From an uncultured delta proteobacterium (GTDB lineage: Bacteria > Desulfobacterota > WTBG01 > CAIYCZ01 > CAIRTM01), in NCBI GenBank assembly GCA_903911225.1, contig CAIWCT010000110.1:1016-65015 (forward strand): a stretch of DNA of 64,000 bases, in the 5' to 3' direction. The first letter of the stretch is position 1. Each line of letters begins with the position of its first letter. Under the pieces are notes generated by a model, which was not told where the DNA came from, ran no database searches, and saw only the letters and a program-made list of their open reading frames with translations. Shown here one piece after another: positions 31,472-41,399 of the stretch. The translations under genes were made by a program, and so were the position numbers.

Positions 31472-34400
31472 ATGAACATCACGCGAAGGGGATTTCTTAA
31501 AATCTCCGGGGGAGCGGTGGCCGCCGGCAGCCTCGGGCTGAACCTCTCAGAGGTCAAAGCAAGTGCCGCAACAACCAAGATAACATCAGCCAAGGAAACG
31601 ACAACCGTATGCCCGTACTGCTCAGTCGGGTGCAGCATTATCGTGCACACTCAGAACGGCAAAGTGGTTAATACCGAAGGCGATCCTGATTCTCCAATAA
31701 ACCAGGGTAGCCTGTGCAGCAAGGGCATGTCGGTATACCAACTTACCCATGTTAACCCGGACCGCCTGACCAAGCCCCTCTACCGCGCTCCCAAAAGTGA
31801 CAAGTGGGAAGAAAAATCATGGGAGTGGACGCTCGAAAAAATCGCAAATAATATAAAAAAGAGCCGGGATGAAAGCTTCAAGCAAACAAATACCAAAGGC
31901 GAAATTGTTAACCGTACGGAAGCCATTGCTTCTGTTGGCAGCGCCGCCATGGATAATGAAGAGTGTTTTATATATCAAAAATTTCTCAGGAGCCTGGGAC
32001 TCGTCTACATCGAGCACCAGGCACGGATATGACACTCCGCAACTGTAGCGGCTCTGGCAGAGTCGTTTGGACGCGGTGCAATGACCAATCACTGGATCGA
32101 TTTCCGCAACAGTGACTGTATTCTTGTTATGGGCAGCAACCCTGCCTGCAACCATCCTGTTTCTTTCAAGTGGATTCAAAAAGCAATTGATAAAGGCGGT
32201 AAGCTCGTGTGCGTCGACCCACGGTTCACGCAGACAGCGGCCAAGTCAAGCCTCTATGCCCCGTTGCGTTCTGGCTCTGACATTGCCTTTCTTGGGGGCA
32301 TGATAAAATACATTCTCGAAAACAACCTTTTTTTTGAAGACTATGTCAGGCAGTACACAAATGCCACCTACCTTGTAAACCCTGCTTTCAAGCTGCCCGG
32401 CGACAATGACGGCGTCTTCTCCGGCCTTACCGGTACAAAAACTAAAGAAGGGTATGTAAGCGGCAAGTACGACAGGTCGACCTGGTCTTTCCAGATGAAC
32501 GAGGACGGCACCGCAAAAAAAGATCCAACTATGCAAGATCCCAACTGTGCCTTTCAGCTCTTGAAAAAGCATTTCAGCCGCTACACAGTTGAAAAGGTCG
32601 TTGAAATCACTGGAACACCCAAAGACAAGCTTCTAGCGGTTTATCAGGCATATGCCGTAACAGGCAAGCCTGACAAGGCAGGCACGATTCTCTATGCCAT
32701 GGGTTGGACACAGCATACCGTAGGAGTTCAGAATATTCGTGCTATGTCCATTATCCAGCTGTTGCTGGGCAATATGGGTGTTGCCGGAGGCGGCGTGAAT
32801 GCGCTGCGCGGTGAGGCAAACGTACAGGGTTCAACCGATCACGGCCTGCTGTTTCACATTCTGCCGGGCTATCTTAAAGCCCCGGCAGCATCCATGCCTA
32901 CCCTTGCAGACTACAATGAAAAGAATACGCCAAAAACAAAAGAACCGAAAAGCGCCAACTGGTGGGGCAATACGCCCAAGTACTCGGCAAGTCTGCTGCG
33001 CTCGTTTTACGGCGCGGAAGTACCGCTTGATGCTGCCTATGGCTATCTCCCGAAAATTGATGATGGCGCTAATTACTCCTGGCTGACCATTTTTGACAAG
33101 ATGTACAAAGGTCAGTTCAGTGGCTTTTTTGCCTGGGGTCAGAACCCGGCATGCTCGGGTGCTAATGCCAACAAAGTGCGGCAGGCCCTTGCCAAGCTCA
33201 AGTGGATGGTCAATGTAAATCTCTTCCCAAATGAAACCGGTGATTTCTGGAATGGCCCTGGCATGAACCCGGCAAAGATCGATACAGAGGTCTTCATGCT
33301 TCCCTGCGCGGCATCTATGGAAAAGGAAGGCAGCATTTCTAACAGTGGCCGTTGGATGCAGTGGCGTTACAAGGCGACCAATGCGCCCGGAGAGGCCATG
33401 CCCGACGGTGAAATAATTTCTGAGCTGTTTCGCAAGGTGCGCGAACTCTACGAAAAGGACGGCGGACCTGTCTCCGATCCCATTTTAAAGCTCAGCTGGG
33501 ATTACGGCAAATCATTTGATGCGCATACTGTTGCCAAGGAAATTAACGGCTATTTCCTTGAGGACAAAGAAATCGATGGCAAACTCTACAAGAAGGGATC
33601 CCTTGTGCCCGCGTTTAAATTTCTGCAGGCCGACGGCTCTACCTCATCGGGTTGTTGGGTATACTGTGGCTCCTATACCGCCGACGGAAATAAAGCCGCA
33701 AAACGCGGGAAGGATGACCCGACAGGTATCGGCCAGTACTCGAATTGGGCATGGGCCTGGCCGGTCAATCGCAGAATCATCTATAACCGTGCTTCGGTTG
33801 ATATCAGCGGTAAACCCTATGCCCCTGACAAGCCGGTAATTTCATGGGACGGCACGGCATGGAAGGGCGATGTGCCTGATGGGCCGTGGCCTCCGCTTGC
33901 GTCAGAAACTGATGGCAAACTGCCTTTTATCATGAAGCCCGACGGCGTTGCCAGCATCTTCGGCCCCGGCCTTGCAGACGGCCCCTTCCCTGAGCACTAT
34001 GAACCTCTCGAGTGTCCAATAGAAAAGAACCCAATGTCCCCGCAGTTCGTCAACCCGACGGTCAAACGCTGGGAAAATGATGGCGTACCTGAACTGGACA
34101 AACGTGCCTCCTGCGATCCACGCTTTCCCATTGTCTGCACGACGTACCGCGTCAGCGAGCACTGGCAGACCGGTGTGATGACGCGCTGGACGCCGTGGCT
34201 GCTTGAGTTGCAACCAGAAATGTTTGTGGAGATGAGTCGAGAGTTAGCAGAGCTCAAGGGCTTTAAAAACGGCGAACGCGTTATGGTGAAATCAGCCCGT
34301 GGCGAAGTCAATGCCGTTGCTATCGTGACGCCCCGCTTTAAGCCTTTTACGATTGCAGGACAGATCGTGCATGAGGTTGGCATACCGTGGCACTATGGCT

Positions 34401-34534
34401 GGCGTTACCCAAACCCTGATAAGAAAGAACTCCGCAGCGCCAATCTGCTGACCCCGAGCATCGGTGACCCTAACACCATGATACCCGAATCAAAAGCCTT
34501 CATGGTGGACGTTATCAGGAAGGAGGGCAAATAA
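31472..34534 (+). CDS. fdhA: Formate dehydrogenase alpha subunit, Tat-exported and selenocysteine-containing (in-frame TGA at 32030-32032)
   Basis: The Tat signal is MNITRRGFLKISGGAVAAG. The FeS-binding motif is CPYCSVGCS. ORF 31472-32032 and ORF 32081-34534 are in the same frame (both start at positions of form 3k+2). The separating TGA sits in the canonical motif ...QARI-U-HSATVAALAESFGRGAM. The remainder is a molybdopterin oxidoreductase. Confidence 0.9.
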
Positions 34535-35325
34535 TGAATGAAAAAATAATGCTGGTTGACCTGTCGAAATGCACTGCCTGCCGCTCCTGTCAGGTGGCGT
34601 GTAAAAACTGGAACGGCCTGCCTGCGGTGCCGACTATTAACCGCGGCACCTACCAGAATCCACCTGATCTTAACGCGCAAACCTATACCCTGATACGATT
34701 TCAGGAAATTGAGGCCAAAGACGGCGCCATCAAGTGGTTGTTCCGCAATGACAAATGCTTTCACTGCACAGATGCAGGCTGCATGAAAGCGTGCCCTGTG
34801 CCCGGCTGTATCACCAGAACAGAATCGGGCGCAGTAGTTCTTGACAGCACGAAATGCATCGGCTGCAAGTATTGCTACCATGCCTGCCCGTTTTCGGTAC
34901 CGCAGTTTGATGCTGCAACGGAGAAAATGTACAAGTGCCACTGGTGCCATGATCGCCAGGCAGAAGGCAGAATACCGGCCTGTGCGAAAGCCTGCCCGAC
35001 TGGAACAATCCAATTTGGCGACAAAGATGCCATGATAACGCTTGCCGGCAAACGAGCTAAAGAGCTTGGCGGCGATGCCAGCGTCTATGGCGAAAAGCAC
35101 CTTGATGGCACCCATGTGGTATACGTGCTAACTGAAAAGCCGGAAGTATATGAAAAACTGCCGGTTAATCCGAAAATATCCCCGTTAATTTTTCTGTGGA
35201 AGGATGTGCTCAAACCATTTTCAATGCTGAGTTTCCTTGGCGGTTTAGGCGCATGCGCTCTCTACTATTTGATCAAAGGTCCCAAGCGGCCAAAGTTTGA
35301 AGAAGGAGGTGAAAAGCATGAGTAG
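34534..35325 (+). CDS. fdhB: Formate dehydrogenase iron-sulfur subunit (FdnH/FdhB-like, with C-terminal membrane anchor)
   Basis: Four ferredoxin-type cysteine clusters (CTACRSCQVAC, CFHCTDAGCMKACP, CIGCKYCYHACP, CHWCHD...CAKACP) and a C-terminal hydrophobic helix. A TAATG junction couples it to fdhA. Confidence 0.85.
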   Translation: MNEKIMLVDLSKCTACRSCQVACKNWNGLPAVPTINRGTYQNPPDLNAQTYTLIRFQEIEAKDGAIKWLFRNDKCFHCTDAGCMKACPVPGCITRTESGAVVLDSTKCIGCKYCYHACPFSVPQFDAATEKMYKCHWCHDRQAEGRIPACAKACPTGTIQFGDKDAMITLAGKRAKELGGDASVYGEKHLDGTHVVYVLTEKPEVYEKLPVNPKISPLIFLWKDVLKPFSMLSFLGGLGACALYYLIKGPKRPKFEEGGEKHE

Positions 35326-35962
35326 CACGGTAAAAAATTCAAACTATGAGCTTATAGATGTAACGACACCGTTTGAGCGGCTGGTGCACCTTGCTTTTGC
35401 CGGGAGTTGCATCATGCTGTTCATTTCGGGCTTTGCTTTAATGTTTCATACTTTAAGCTTTATCAGCACTGTATTTGGAGGGCTTTACGTCACCAAGTAT
35501 GTTCATAACTTTTCGGGCCTTTTGTTTGCGGTAAGCGGACTTTTTGCCGTGGTTATCTGGTTTAAAGAAGGTGCAATTTTTGACGCTGATGATATCAAGT
35601 GGTTCATGAAGGGCGGTGGCTATCTCTGGACAAAAGAAGGCATCCCTCCGCAGGGCAGATTCAATGCGGGTCAGAAGATGTATTTTGTGTTGAAAGCCTC
35701 TACCTGGGCCCTCATGTCCGTCACGGGCATCATCATGTGGTTTCCCTATTTTTTCGGTAAAGAAATCACCATCTTCTGCTATCCTCTGCACGCCCTTGGT
35801 GTTGCAAGCCTGGCTGGTGCAGTTGTTGTTCACGGGTTTCTCGGCTCCCTTGGCAACCCGGGCACTATTCAGGCAATGATAACAGGGAAATGCACCAGAG
35901 CCTGGGCAAAGTTGCAGCATGCCAAGTGGCTTAAGGAATATGACGAAAAACACAGTAAGTAA
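35318..35962 (+). CDS. fdhC: Formate dehydrogenase cytochrome b (gamma) subunit
   Basis: Four predicted TM helices with conserved His residues (HLAFAG, HTLSF, HALGV, VVHGFLG). The gene overlaps the fdhB stop by 8 nt and is preceded by a GAAGGAGG RBS. Confidence 0.75.
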   Translation: MSSTVKNSNYELIDVTTPFERLVHLAFAGSCIMLFISGFALMFHTLSFISTVFGGLYVTKYVHNFSGLLFAVSGLFAVVIWFKEGAIFDADDIKWFMKGGGYLWTKEGIPPQGRFNAGQKMYFVLKASTWALMSVTGIIMWFPYFFGKEITIFCYPLHALGVASLAGAVVVHGFLGSLGNPGTIQAMITGKCTRAWAKLQHAKWLKEYDEKHSK

Positions 35963-35984
35963 AGTAAGCTAGACCAGAAAAAAA

Positions 35985-36016
35985 AGGACTGCCGAAATTC
36001 GGCAGTCCTTTTTTTT
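35985..36016 (+). terminator. Intrinsic terminator after fdhABC
   Basis: Stem aggactgccg/cggcagtcct with loop aaatt, followed by eight T; an A-run sits on the other side. Confidence 0.75.
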
Positions 36017-36488
36017 CTGACACATTGAACACATTCTTGTTTTGAACCATCAGAACTATTTGTTGCGGGGAAATTCACCTTTCTCAAAATTAAAATTTAC
36101 CATTAAATTTTAATTGACTTTTTGATGCCCATACATTAAAAATTAGTACACTAAATATTCTCGAGCTGCTGCTCCTGTAACCTTATGTCATGGAGCTTCA
36201 GCCGATAGGGTGGAAGCCGAAAGGCTACCGCCTCCTTGGTTTGGAAAGAGGATAAAGATTCACGTATCGAGCAGCGTTTTAGACTGCCCTGCACGCATGG
36301 AAAATCCGAATCTGATATCCCGTACCTTCAATCCTGAAGGAGTAGACAGCTTATACTCAATCCAGGCCAAATCTAAGCGCAAGACAGGCATACCCATGCA
36401 GCTTTCGTTGCTGCATGAAGGCTGCTGTTACACATAGTATCAGGGCTGTACATACACTGGTCAACAGATGAACCAGAAAGGAGAATGC

Positions 36489-37673
36489 ATGGGCAGACAA
36501 AAGGATAAAAGCTACCAGAGCACGGTCAGCAGGCAATACCGCCAGCTGATGGAACAGTGCAAAATCAATCTCGACAAAATGGAGCAGGAACTTCCCCCAC
36601 CGCGTGATGATTTGAAGGATACCCTTAAAGAACGGGGTGTAAGCCGTCGTGATTTCCTTAAGTGGGCTTCACTGACGACATCAGCGCTCATGCTTCCGCC
36701 AATGTTCAAGCCCTTAGTGGCTCGGGCTGCTGAAAACTTTAGCCGCCTGCCAGTAGTGTGGCTGCACTTTGCCGAATGTACGGGCTGCAGCGAGGCGCTG
36801 CTGCGCTCCACATACCCGAATGTTGATGACATACTGCTTGATACAATATCTCTGGAATACCACGAAACCATAATGGCTGCAGCAGGCTATCAGGCAGAGG
36901 CATGCCTTGAAAAGGCACTTCATGATTTTCCGGGCAAATTCATCTGCGTTGTCGAAGGCGCCATACCAATGGGTCTTGATGGCCATTACCTTACCCTTGG
37001 CCCTAAAGGGAAAACCGGCCTTGAAGTAGCAAAAGAAGTCACATCCAAGGCCGCGGTAACTATCTGCATCGGCAGCTGCTCCTGCTTCGGCAATGTACCG
37101 GCAGCCAAGCCCAACCCGACCGACTGCCTCGGCGTAGGGGATGCTCTTGGCATTAAAACGATTAATATTGCAGGTTGTCCTCCAAACCCTGTTAATTTTG
37201 TCGGAACGCTGCTCCACTACCTTATGTTCGGTGCCCTGCCCCCCTGCGATTCTTTGGGTAGACCAGTGTGGGCTTATGGTAAACGCATTCATGATTACTG
37301 CGAGCGCAGGCCTCACTACGATGCAGGCGAGTATGTTGAAGAATGGGGCGATGACGGCGCAAAGAAGGGCTGGTGTCTGTACAAAATGGGCTGCAAAGGC
37401 CCCTACACATTCGCCAACTGTGCAAAAGTACGCTTTAACGCAGGCGTATCCTGGCCGGTAATGGCAGGCCACGGCTGCATCGGCTGCACCGAACCGGCCT
37501 TCTGGGACAGCATGGCACCACTAGAAAAGCCCATTGCCGAGAAAAACGTCATTGGCGGTGAAGTTACCGTGGATAAGGCCGGGGCAGCACTTCTCGGTGT
37601 GACGCTAGCCGGTATGGCAGCTCACGGCGTCATTTCGGCTATCAAAGGCCACAAACCAGAGAATCATGACTGA
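36489..37673 (+). CDS. [NiFe] hydrogenase small subunit, Tat-exported
   Basis: Twin-arginine GVSRRDFLKW. The small-subunit cysteine ligand motifs are HFAECTGCSE, GSCSCFG, CPPNP and GCIGCTEP. The start was chosen at ATG 36489 after AAGGAG; the later Met at 36579 is an alternative. Confidence 0.9.
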   Translation: MGRQKDKSYQSTVSRQYRQLMEQCKINLDKMEQELPPPRDDLKDTLKERGVSRRDFLKWASLTTSALMLPPMFKPLVARAAENFSRLPVVWLHFAECTGCSEALLRSTYPNVDDILLDTISLEYHETIMAAAGYQAEACLEKALHDFPGKFICVVEGAIPMGLDGHYLTLGPKGKTGLEVAKEVTSKAAVTICIGSCSCFGNVPAAKPNPTDCLGVGDALGIKTINIAGCPPNPVNFVGTLLHYLMFGALPPCDSLGRPVWAYGKRIHDYCERRPHYDAGEYVEEWGDDGAKKGWCLYKMGCKGPYTFANCAKVRFNAGVSWPVMAGHGCIGCTEPAFWDSMAPLEKPIAEKNVIGGEVTVDKAGAALLGVTLAGMAAHGVISAIKGHKPENHD

Positions 37674-37716
37674 GCCTATCCGCTCTAGTTCAGCATAAAA
37701 AAGGAGGCACAATATT

Positions 37717-39390
37717 ATGGCACAGAGAATCATCGTCGATCCGATAACCAGAATCGAAGGCCATCTTCGCATCGAGGTCGAAGTCGACAATAATAATGTT
37801 ATTACCGACGCATGGAGTTCTATAACTCTGTGGCGCGGCATCGAAACCATACTGAAGGGCCGCGACCCGCGCGATGCCGGCCTTATGGTTCAGCGCTTTT
37901 GCGGCGTATGCACGTATTCGCACTACGAGGCAAGCATCCTTGCCTGCGAAGACGCCTTCGGCGTCCGGCCTCCGGCAAATGCCCGGCTCGTACGCAATCT
38001 CATTAATGCATCGCAGTATCTTTACGATCATGTGATGCATTTTTATCACCTGCATGGCCTTGACTGGGTTGATATCGTTAGCGCCCTTTCAGCAGACCCG
38101 GCTAAAGCCGTGGCGCTTGCACGCCAGTACAGCGACAACCCCTACAACTGTTCTGAAAGCGGCTATAAAGCTGTTCAGACGCGTCTTAAAAAGTTTGTCG
38201 AGTCCGGTCGTTTAGGCCCTTTTGCAAACGCGTACTGGGGCAATCCCTCGTTTAAAATGTCGCCTGAAGCCAATCTCATCGTCGTCTCCCATTACCTTGA
38301 CGCCCTTTCGGTATCAAAGATAGGCGCCCAGATGATGGCAATTTTCGGAGGCAAAAACCCCCATCCGCAAAGCCTTGTCGTTGGCGGCGTGACCTGTGTC
38401 ATGGATACACTCGACGCAAGCCGCATCGGTGAATACAAGTTCCGTTTTAATGAAGTACGCGACTTTGTTGAACGCGCGTACCTGCCCGACGTGCTGCTTG
38501 CAGCCTCTTTTTACAAAGATGAAGGCATCAAGGGCATCGGCTGCGGAGTTAAAAATTATATGGCCTATGGCGGTTTTCCCCTTGATGATGGCTGGAATAC
38601 AACACTGCTGCCGCGCGGCATAGTTAAAAATGGGGATATCTCCAAAGTCTTCCCCCTTGATGAAAACAAAATTACCGAGGAAGTGACCCATTCATGGTAT
38701 AAAGGCACAGATGCCCTGCATCCTTATGATGGCAAAACAGAGCCTGAATATACGGGCTATGACGCCAAGGGCAATGTCAAAGGCGATGAAAAATATACCT
38801 GGAGCAAAGCTCCCCGCTATGATGGAGAACCCTATGAGGTCGGCCCCCTTGCCCGCTTCATCATCGGTTATGCTCAGGGTCATAAGGAAATAAAAGCGTT
38901 GGTTGACTCAACCCTTAAGGCAACAGGACTTCCTGTGACCGCCCTCTTTTCCACCCTTGGCAGAACCGCTGCCCGAGCCCTTGAGACGAAGCTTATTGCC
39001 GACAATACCGAGCGTTGGATCGGTGAGCTTATCGAAAATATCAAGGGAGGCGATACCCGCACCTGGACACGCTGCGACGTGCCAGATCAGGGACAGGGAC
39101 GAGGCATGACCGAAGTTCCCCGCGGCGCCCTCGGTCACTGGATCAAAATCAAGAACAAGGTCATCGAAAATTATCAGGCCGTTGTGCCATCAACCTGGAA
39201 TAGTTCGCCGCGCGATAAGGCCGGCAAACGCGGGCCCTATGAACAAGCGCTCATCGGCACAAAGCTCGCTAATGTCGAGCAACCCCTTGAGATTATTCGC
39301 ACGATTCATTCGTTTGACCCGTGTATGGCCTGCGCAGTGCACATCATCGACCCGAAAACCGACAAGGTCAGAAAATTCAAGGTTCTGTAA
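37717..39390 (+). CDS. [NiFe] hydrogenase large subunit
   Basis: The N-terminal motif is RIEGHLRIE...RFCGVCTYSH. The C-terminal is DPCMACAVH plus a cleavable extension IIDPKTDKVRKFKVL. Cys, not Sec, occupies the Ni-ligand positions. Confidence 0.9.
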   Translation: MAQRIIVDPITRIEGHLRIEVEVDNNNVITDAWSSITLWRGIETILKGRDPRDAGLMVQRFCGVCTYSHYEASILACEDAFGVRPPANARLVRNLINASQYLYDHVMHFYHLHGLDWVDIVSALSADPAKAVALARQYSDNPYNCSESGYKAVQTRLKKFVESGRLGPFANAYWGNPSFKMSPEANLIVVSHYLDALSVSKIGAQMMAIFGGKNPHPQSLVVGGVTCVMDTLDASRIGEYKFRFNEVRDFVERAYLPDVLLAASFYKDEGIKGIGCGVKNYMAYGGFPLDDGWNTTLLPRGIVKNGDISKVFPLDENKITEEVTHSWYKGTDALHPYDGKTEPEYTGYDAKGNVKGDEKYTWSKAPRYDGEPYEVGPLARFIIGYAQGHKEIKALVDSTLKATGLPVTALFSTLGRTAARALETKLIADNTERWIGELIENIKGGDTRTWTRCDVPDQGQGRGMTEVPRGALGHWIKIKNKVIENYQAVVPSTWNSSPRDKAGKRGPYEQALIGTKLANVEQPLEIIRTIHSFDPCMACAVHIIDPKTDKVRKFKVL

Positions 39391-39414
39391 ACCTTCAACG
39401 GAAAGGAGAATGAT

Positions 39415-40092
39415 GTGGAAAAGACTGATATAAGATTTCCAAAGAAGGAATGGTCGGTAGCAGTTCGCATCAATCACTGGTGCATGGTCTCCTTCATCAT
39501 GATGCTGGTTATAACCGGCATTTATATAGCAAAACCATTCACGTATCTGAGCGGCGAAACATATTATAAGTTTCTGATGGGCAACACCCGATTTGTGCAT
39601 ATATTGTTTGGGGTGGGGCTGGTCTTAATTTTTATCTGGCGCGTGTACCTTATGTTTTTCTCACGCTTCCATGCCGACTTTAAGGATTTTTTCGCCTTTA
39701 CAGATATCAAGAACACCATCGCGCAAATCAAGTTCTATCTGTTGGTTTCCAACAAGCCCGCAGAGCACAAATACCTGTATGGTCCGCTGCAGTCGCTTGC
39801 CTATGGCGGACTCATGATCATGCTGTTTGCCATGTGCCTCACGGGTGTCATTCTTATGGGCCCTGCACATAGCGCAGGGCTCACAGGTTTTGTTTATAAA
39901 CTGGTGAAGCCGCTTGAAAACATCATGGGCGGCTTGGCCGTAGTGCGGGTGATACATCATATTCTCACTTGGGGTTTTATACTTTTTGGGTTTGTGCACC
40001 TGTACATGGCCTTCTGGTATGACTGTGTATTTCAGGAAGGTACGGTGTCATCCATGATCGCCGGGCTCCTGTTTAAAAAGAAAAAACATTAA
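39415..40092 (+). CDS. Ni/Fe-hydrogenase b-type cytochrome subunit (HyaC/HupC-like)
   Basis: GTG start after AGGAG. Four TM helices with His pairs (INHWCM, HILFG, HHILTWGF...FVHLY). Confidence 0.8.
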   Translation: MEKTDIRFPKKEWSVAVRINHWCMVSFIMMLVITGIYIAKPFTYLSGETYYKFLMGNTRFVHILFGVGLVLIFIWRVYLMFFSRFHADFKDFFAFTDIKNTIAQIKFYLLVSNKPAEHKYLYGPLQSLAYGGLMIMLFAMCLTGVILMGPAHSAGLTGFVYKLVKPLENIMGGLAVVRVIHHILTWGFILFGFVHLYMAFWYDCVFQEGTVSSMIAGLLFKKKKH

Positions 40093-40127
40093 ATCAGAAA
40101 TTAAATTTTTCTTAACATTGCTGCACC

Positions 40128-40150
40128 GGGGGATGAAAATCCCCCTTTTT
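40128..40150 (+). terminator. Short GC hairpin plus T5, a partial terminator between the hydrogenase structural genes and the maturation genes
   Basis: ggggg-atgaaaat-ccccc followed by ttttt. Confidence 0.4.
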
Positions 40151-40164
40151 CATGACTGGAGATC

Positions 40165-40674
40165 ATGGCCGACCAGCGACACTATCTGACCATCCTCGGC
40201 CTTGGCAATATATTGCTGCAGGATGAAGGCTTCGGTGTTTATTTTATAGGCTGGTTCAGCGAGCGCTACAGGTTGCCAGACAGTGTCAGGATCATTGATG
40301 GCGGCACACTTGGCTTTGGTCTGTTTGATACCATTACAAGCTGTGAAAATCTTATAGTTATTGATGCCATAAAAACTGATGATGAGCCCGGGTCGATTTA
40401 CCGCTTTACTCAAAACGAAATGGAGCTTTCACACCCACCGGCAACATCAGCCCATGAAGTAGAGTTTGCAGATATTCTCTGCAAAGCCGATCTTATTGAT
40501 CAAGCGCCTAATGCGGTTTTTATCTGTATTGTACCGGCGCAGTACGATGTCCATAACATGCATATGGGGATGACCCCCCTTATGTATGAGCGTTTTGCCG
40601 ATATGGAAAATTTTTTACTTAAAGAGCTTGCAGATCTCGATATCTACCCCGTTAGGAAGCAGAGCCATGCATGA
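40165..40674 (+). CDS. Hydrogenase maturation endopeptidase (HyaD/HybD/HynC family)
   Basis: ILGLGNILLQDEGFGVYF...IIDGGT...IDAI, the aspartic protease family that trims the large-subunit C-terminus. Confidence 0.85.
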   Translation: MADQRHYLTILGLGNILLQDEGFGVYFIGWFSERYRLPDSVRIIDGGTLGFGLFDTITSCENLIVIDAIKTDDEPGSIYRFTQNEMELSHPPATSAHEVEFADILCKADLIDQAPNAVFICIVPAQYDVHNMHMGMTPLMYERFADMENFLLKELADLDIYPVRKQSHA

Positions 40675-41011
40675 GCTGTCTCTGGTGAACTCGCTGCTTG
40701 AAATCGTTGATGACTATGCAAGCCGAGAGTCTTTCAAAACAGTCAACTGTCTGCATCTCTCAATGGGCAGGTTGTCCTGTGTCGATAGGGATTCGCTTCA
40801 GTTTGCCTTTGATGTGCAGGCAAAGGGCACCATAGCTGAAGGGGCACGCCTTTCTGTTGAATTACTACCTGCTGTAATTTACTGCTTTGCCTGCGGCTGC
40901 GAAACACGGCAGAATTATTTTGACGCTGTCTGCAGTAAATGTGGCAGCGGACAGGTTACGCTCACGGGGGGCACAGAGGAATTAAGGCTGGTTGATATGG
41001 ATGTTGATTAA
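40667..41011 (+). CDS. hypA: Hydrogenase nickel-incorporation protein HypA
   Basis: MHELSLVNSLLEIV at the N-terminus. The zinc site is CFACGC...CSKCGS. Confidence 0.85.
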   Translation: MHELSLVNSLLEIVDDYASRESFKTVNCLHLSMGRLSCVDRDSLQFAFDVQAKGTIAEGARLSVELLPAVIYCFACGCETRQNYFDAVCSKCGSGQVTLTGGTEELRLVDMDVD

Positions 41012-41054
41012 CAGGTAAATCCCCAAATTCTTACATTATAACTTATTGGCTAAT

Positions 41055-41285
41055 ATGTGTATCGCATTCCCCGGAAAAATTCTTTCAATCGACGAAAACA
41101 ATTATGCTGTCATAGATATTGGTGGCTCGCAGCGCGAGGCATGCCTTGATATCATCGACGAAGAAGTCACAACCGGTGATTACATAATTTGCCATGCCGG
41201 GTTTGCCATCCATAAGGTCGATGAAGAGACGGCACAGGAAAAGCTGTCTTTTTTAAAACATCTTATAGATAACGAAATTTTTTGA
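41055..41285 (+). CDS. hypC: Hydrogenase assembly chaperone HypC/HupF
   Basis: Begins MCIAFPGKI, the canonical MC(L/I)A(I/V)P N-terminus; 76 aa. Confidence 0.85.
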   Translation: MCIAFPGKILSIDENNYAVIDIGGSQREACLDIIDEEVTTGDYIICHAGFAIHKVDEETAQEKLSFLKHLIDNEIF

Positions 41286-41399
41286 ACATTTAAATTGAAA
41301 GGGGTGGTGTAAAAACTGTTTGTCCTGTGAAAAACATCTGGTACTGAACTTGAAAAGAAACTGCAACAACATATTGTGAACTTAAAAAAAGGAGTGGGA

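Noticed and set aside
36210-36437. 75-aa ORF in the hydrogenase upstream region
   Set aside because: No RBS or motif; composition matches an untranslated leader.
36714-37472. 252-aa minus-strand ORF inside the hydrogenase small-subunit gene
   Set aside because: Antisense to a gene carrying canonical small-subunit motifs; no RBS and no recognisable domains.
37717-39390. Possibility that the hydrogenase large subunit is a [NiFeSe] selenoprotein
   Set aside because: The C-terminal Ni-ligand motif reads DPCMACAVH with Cys codons and no in-frame TGA, so this is a standard [NiFe] enzyme.
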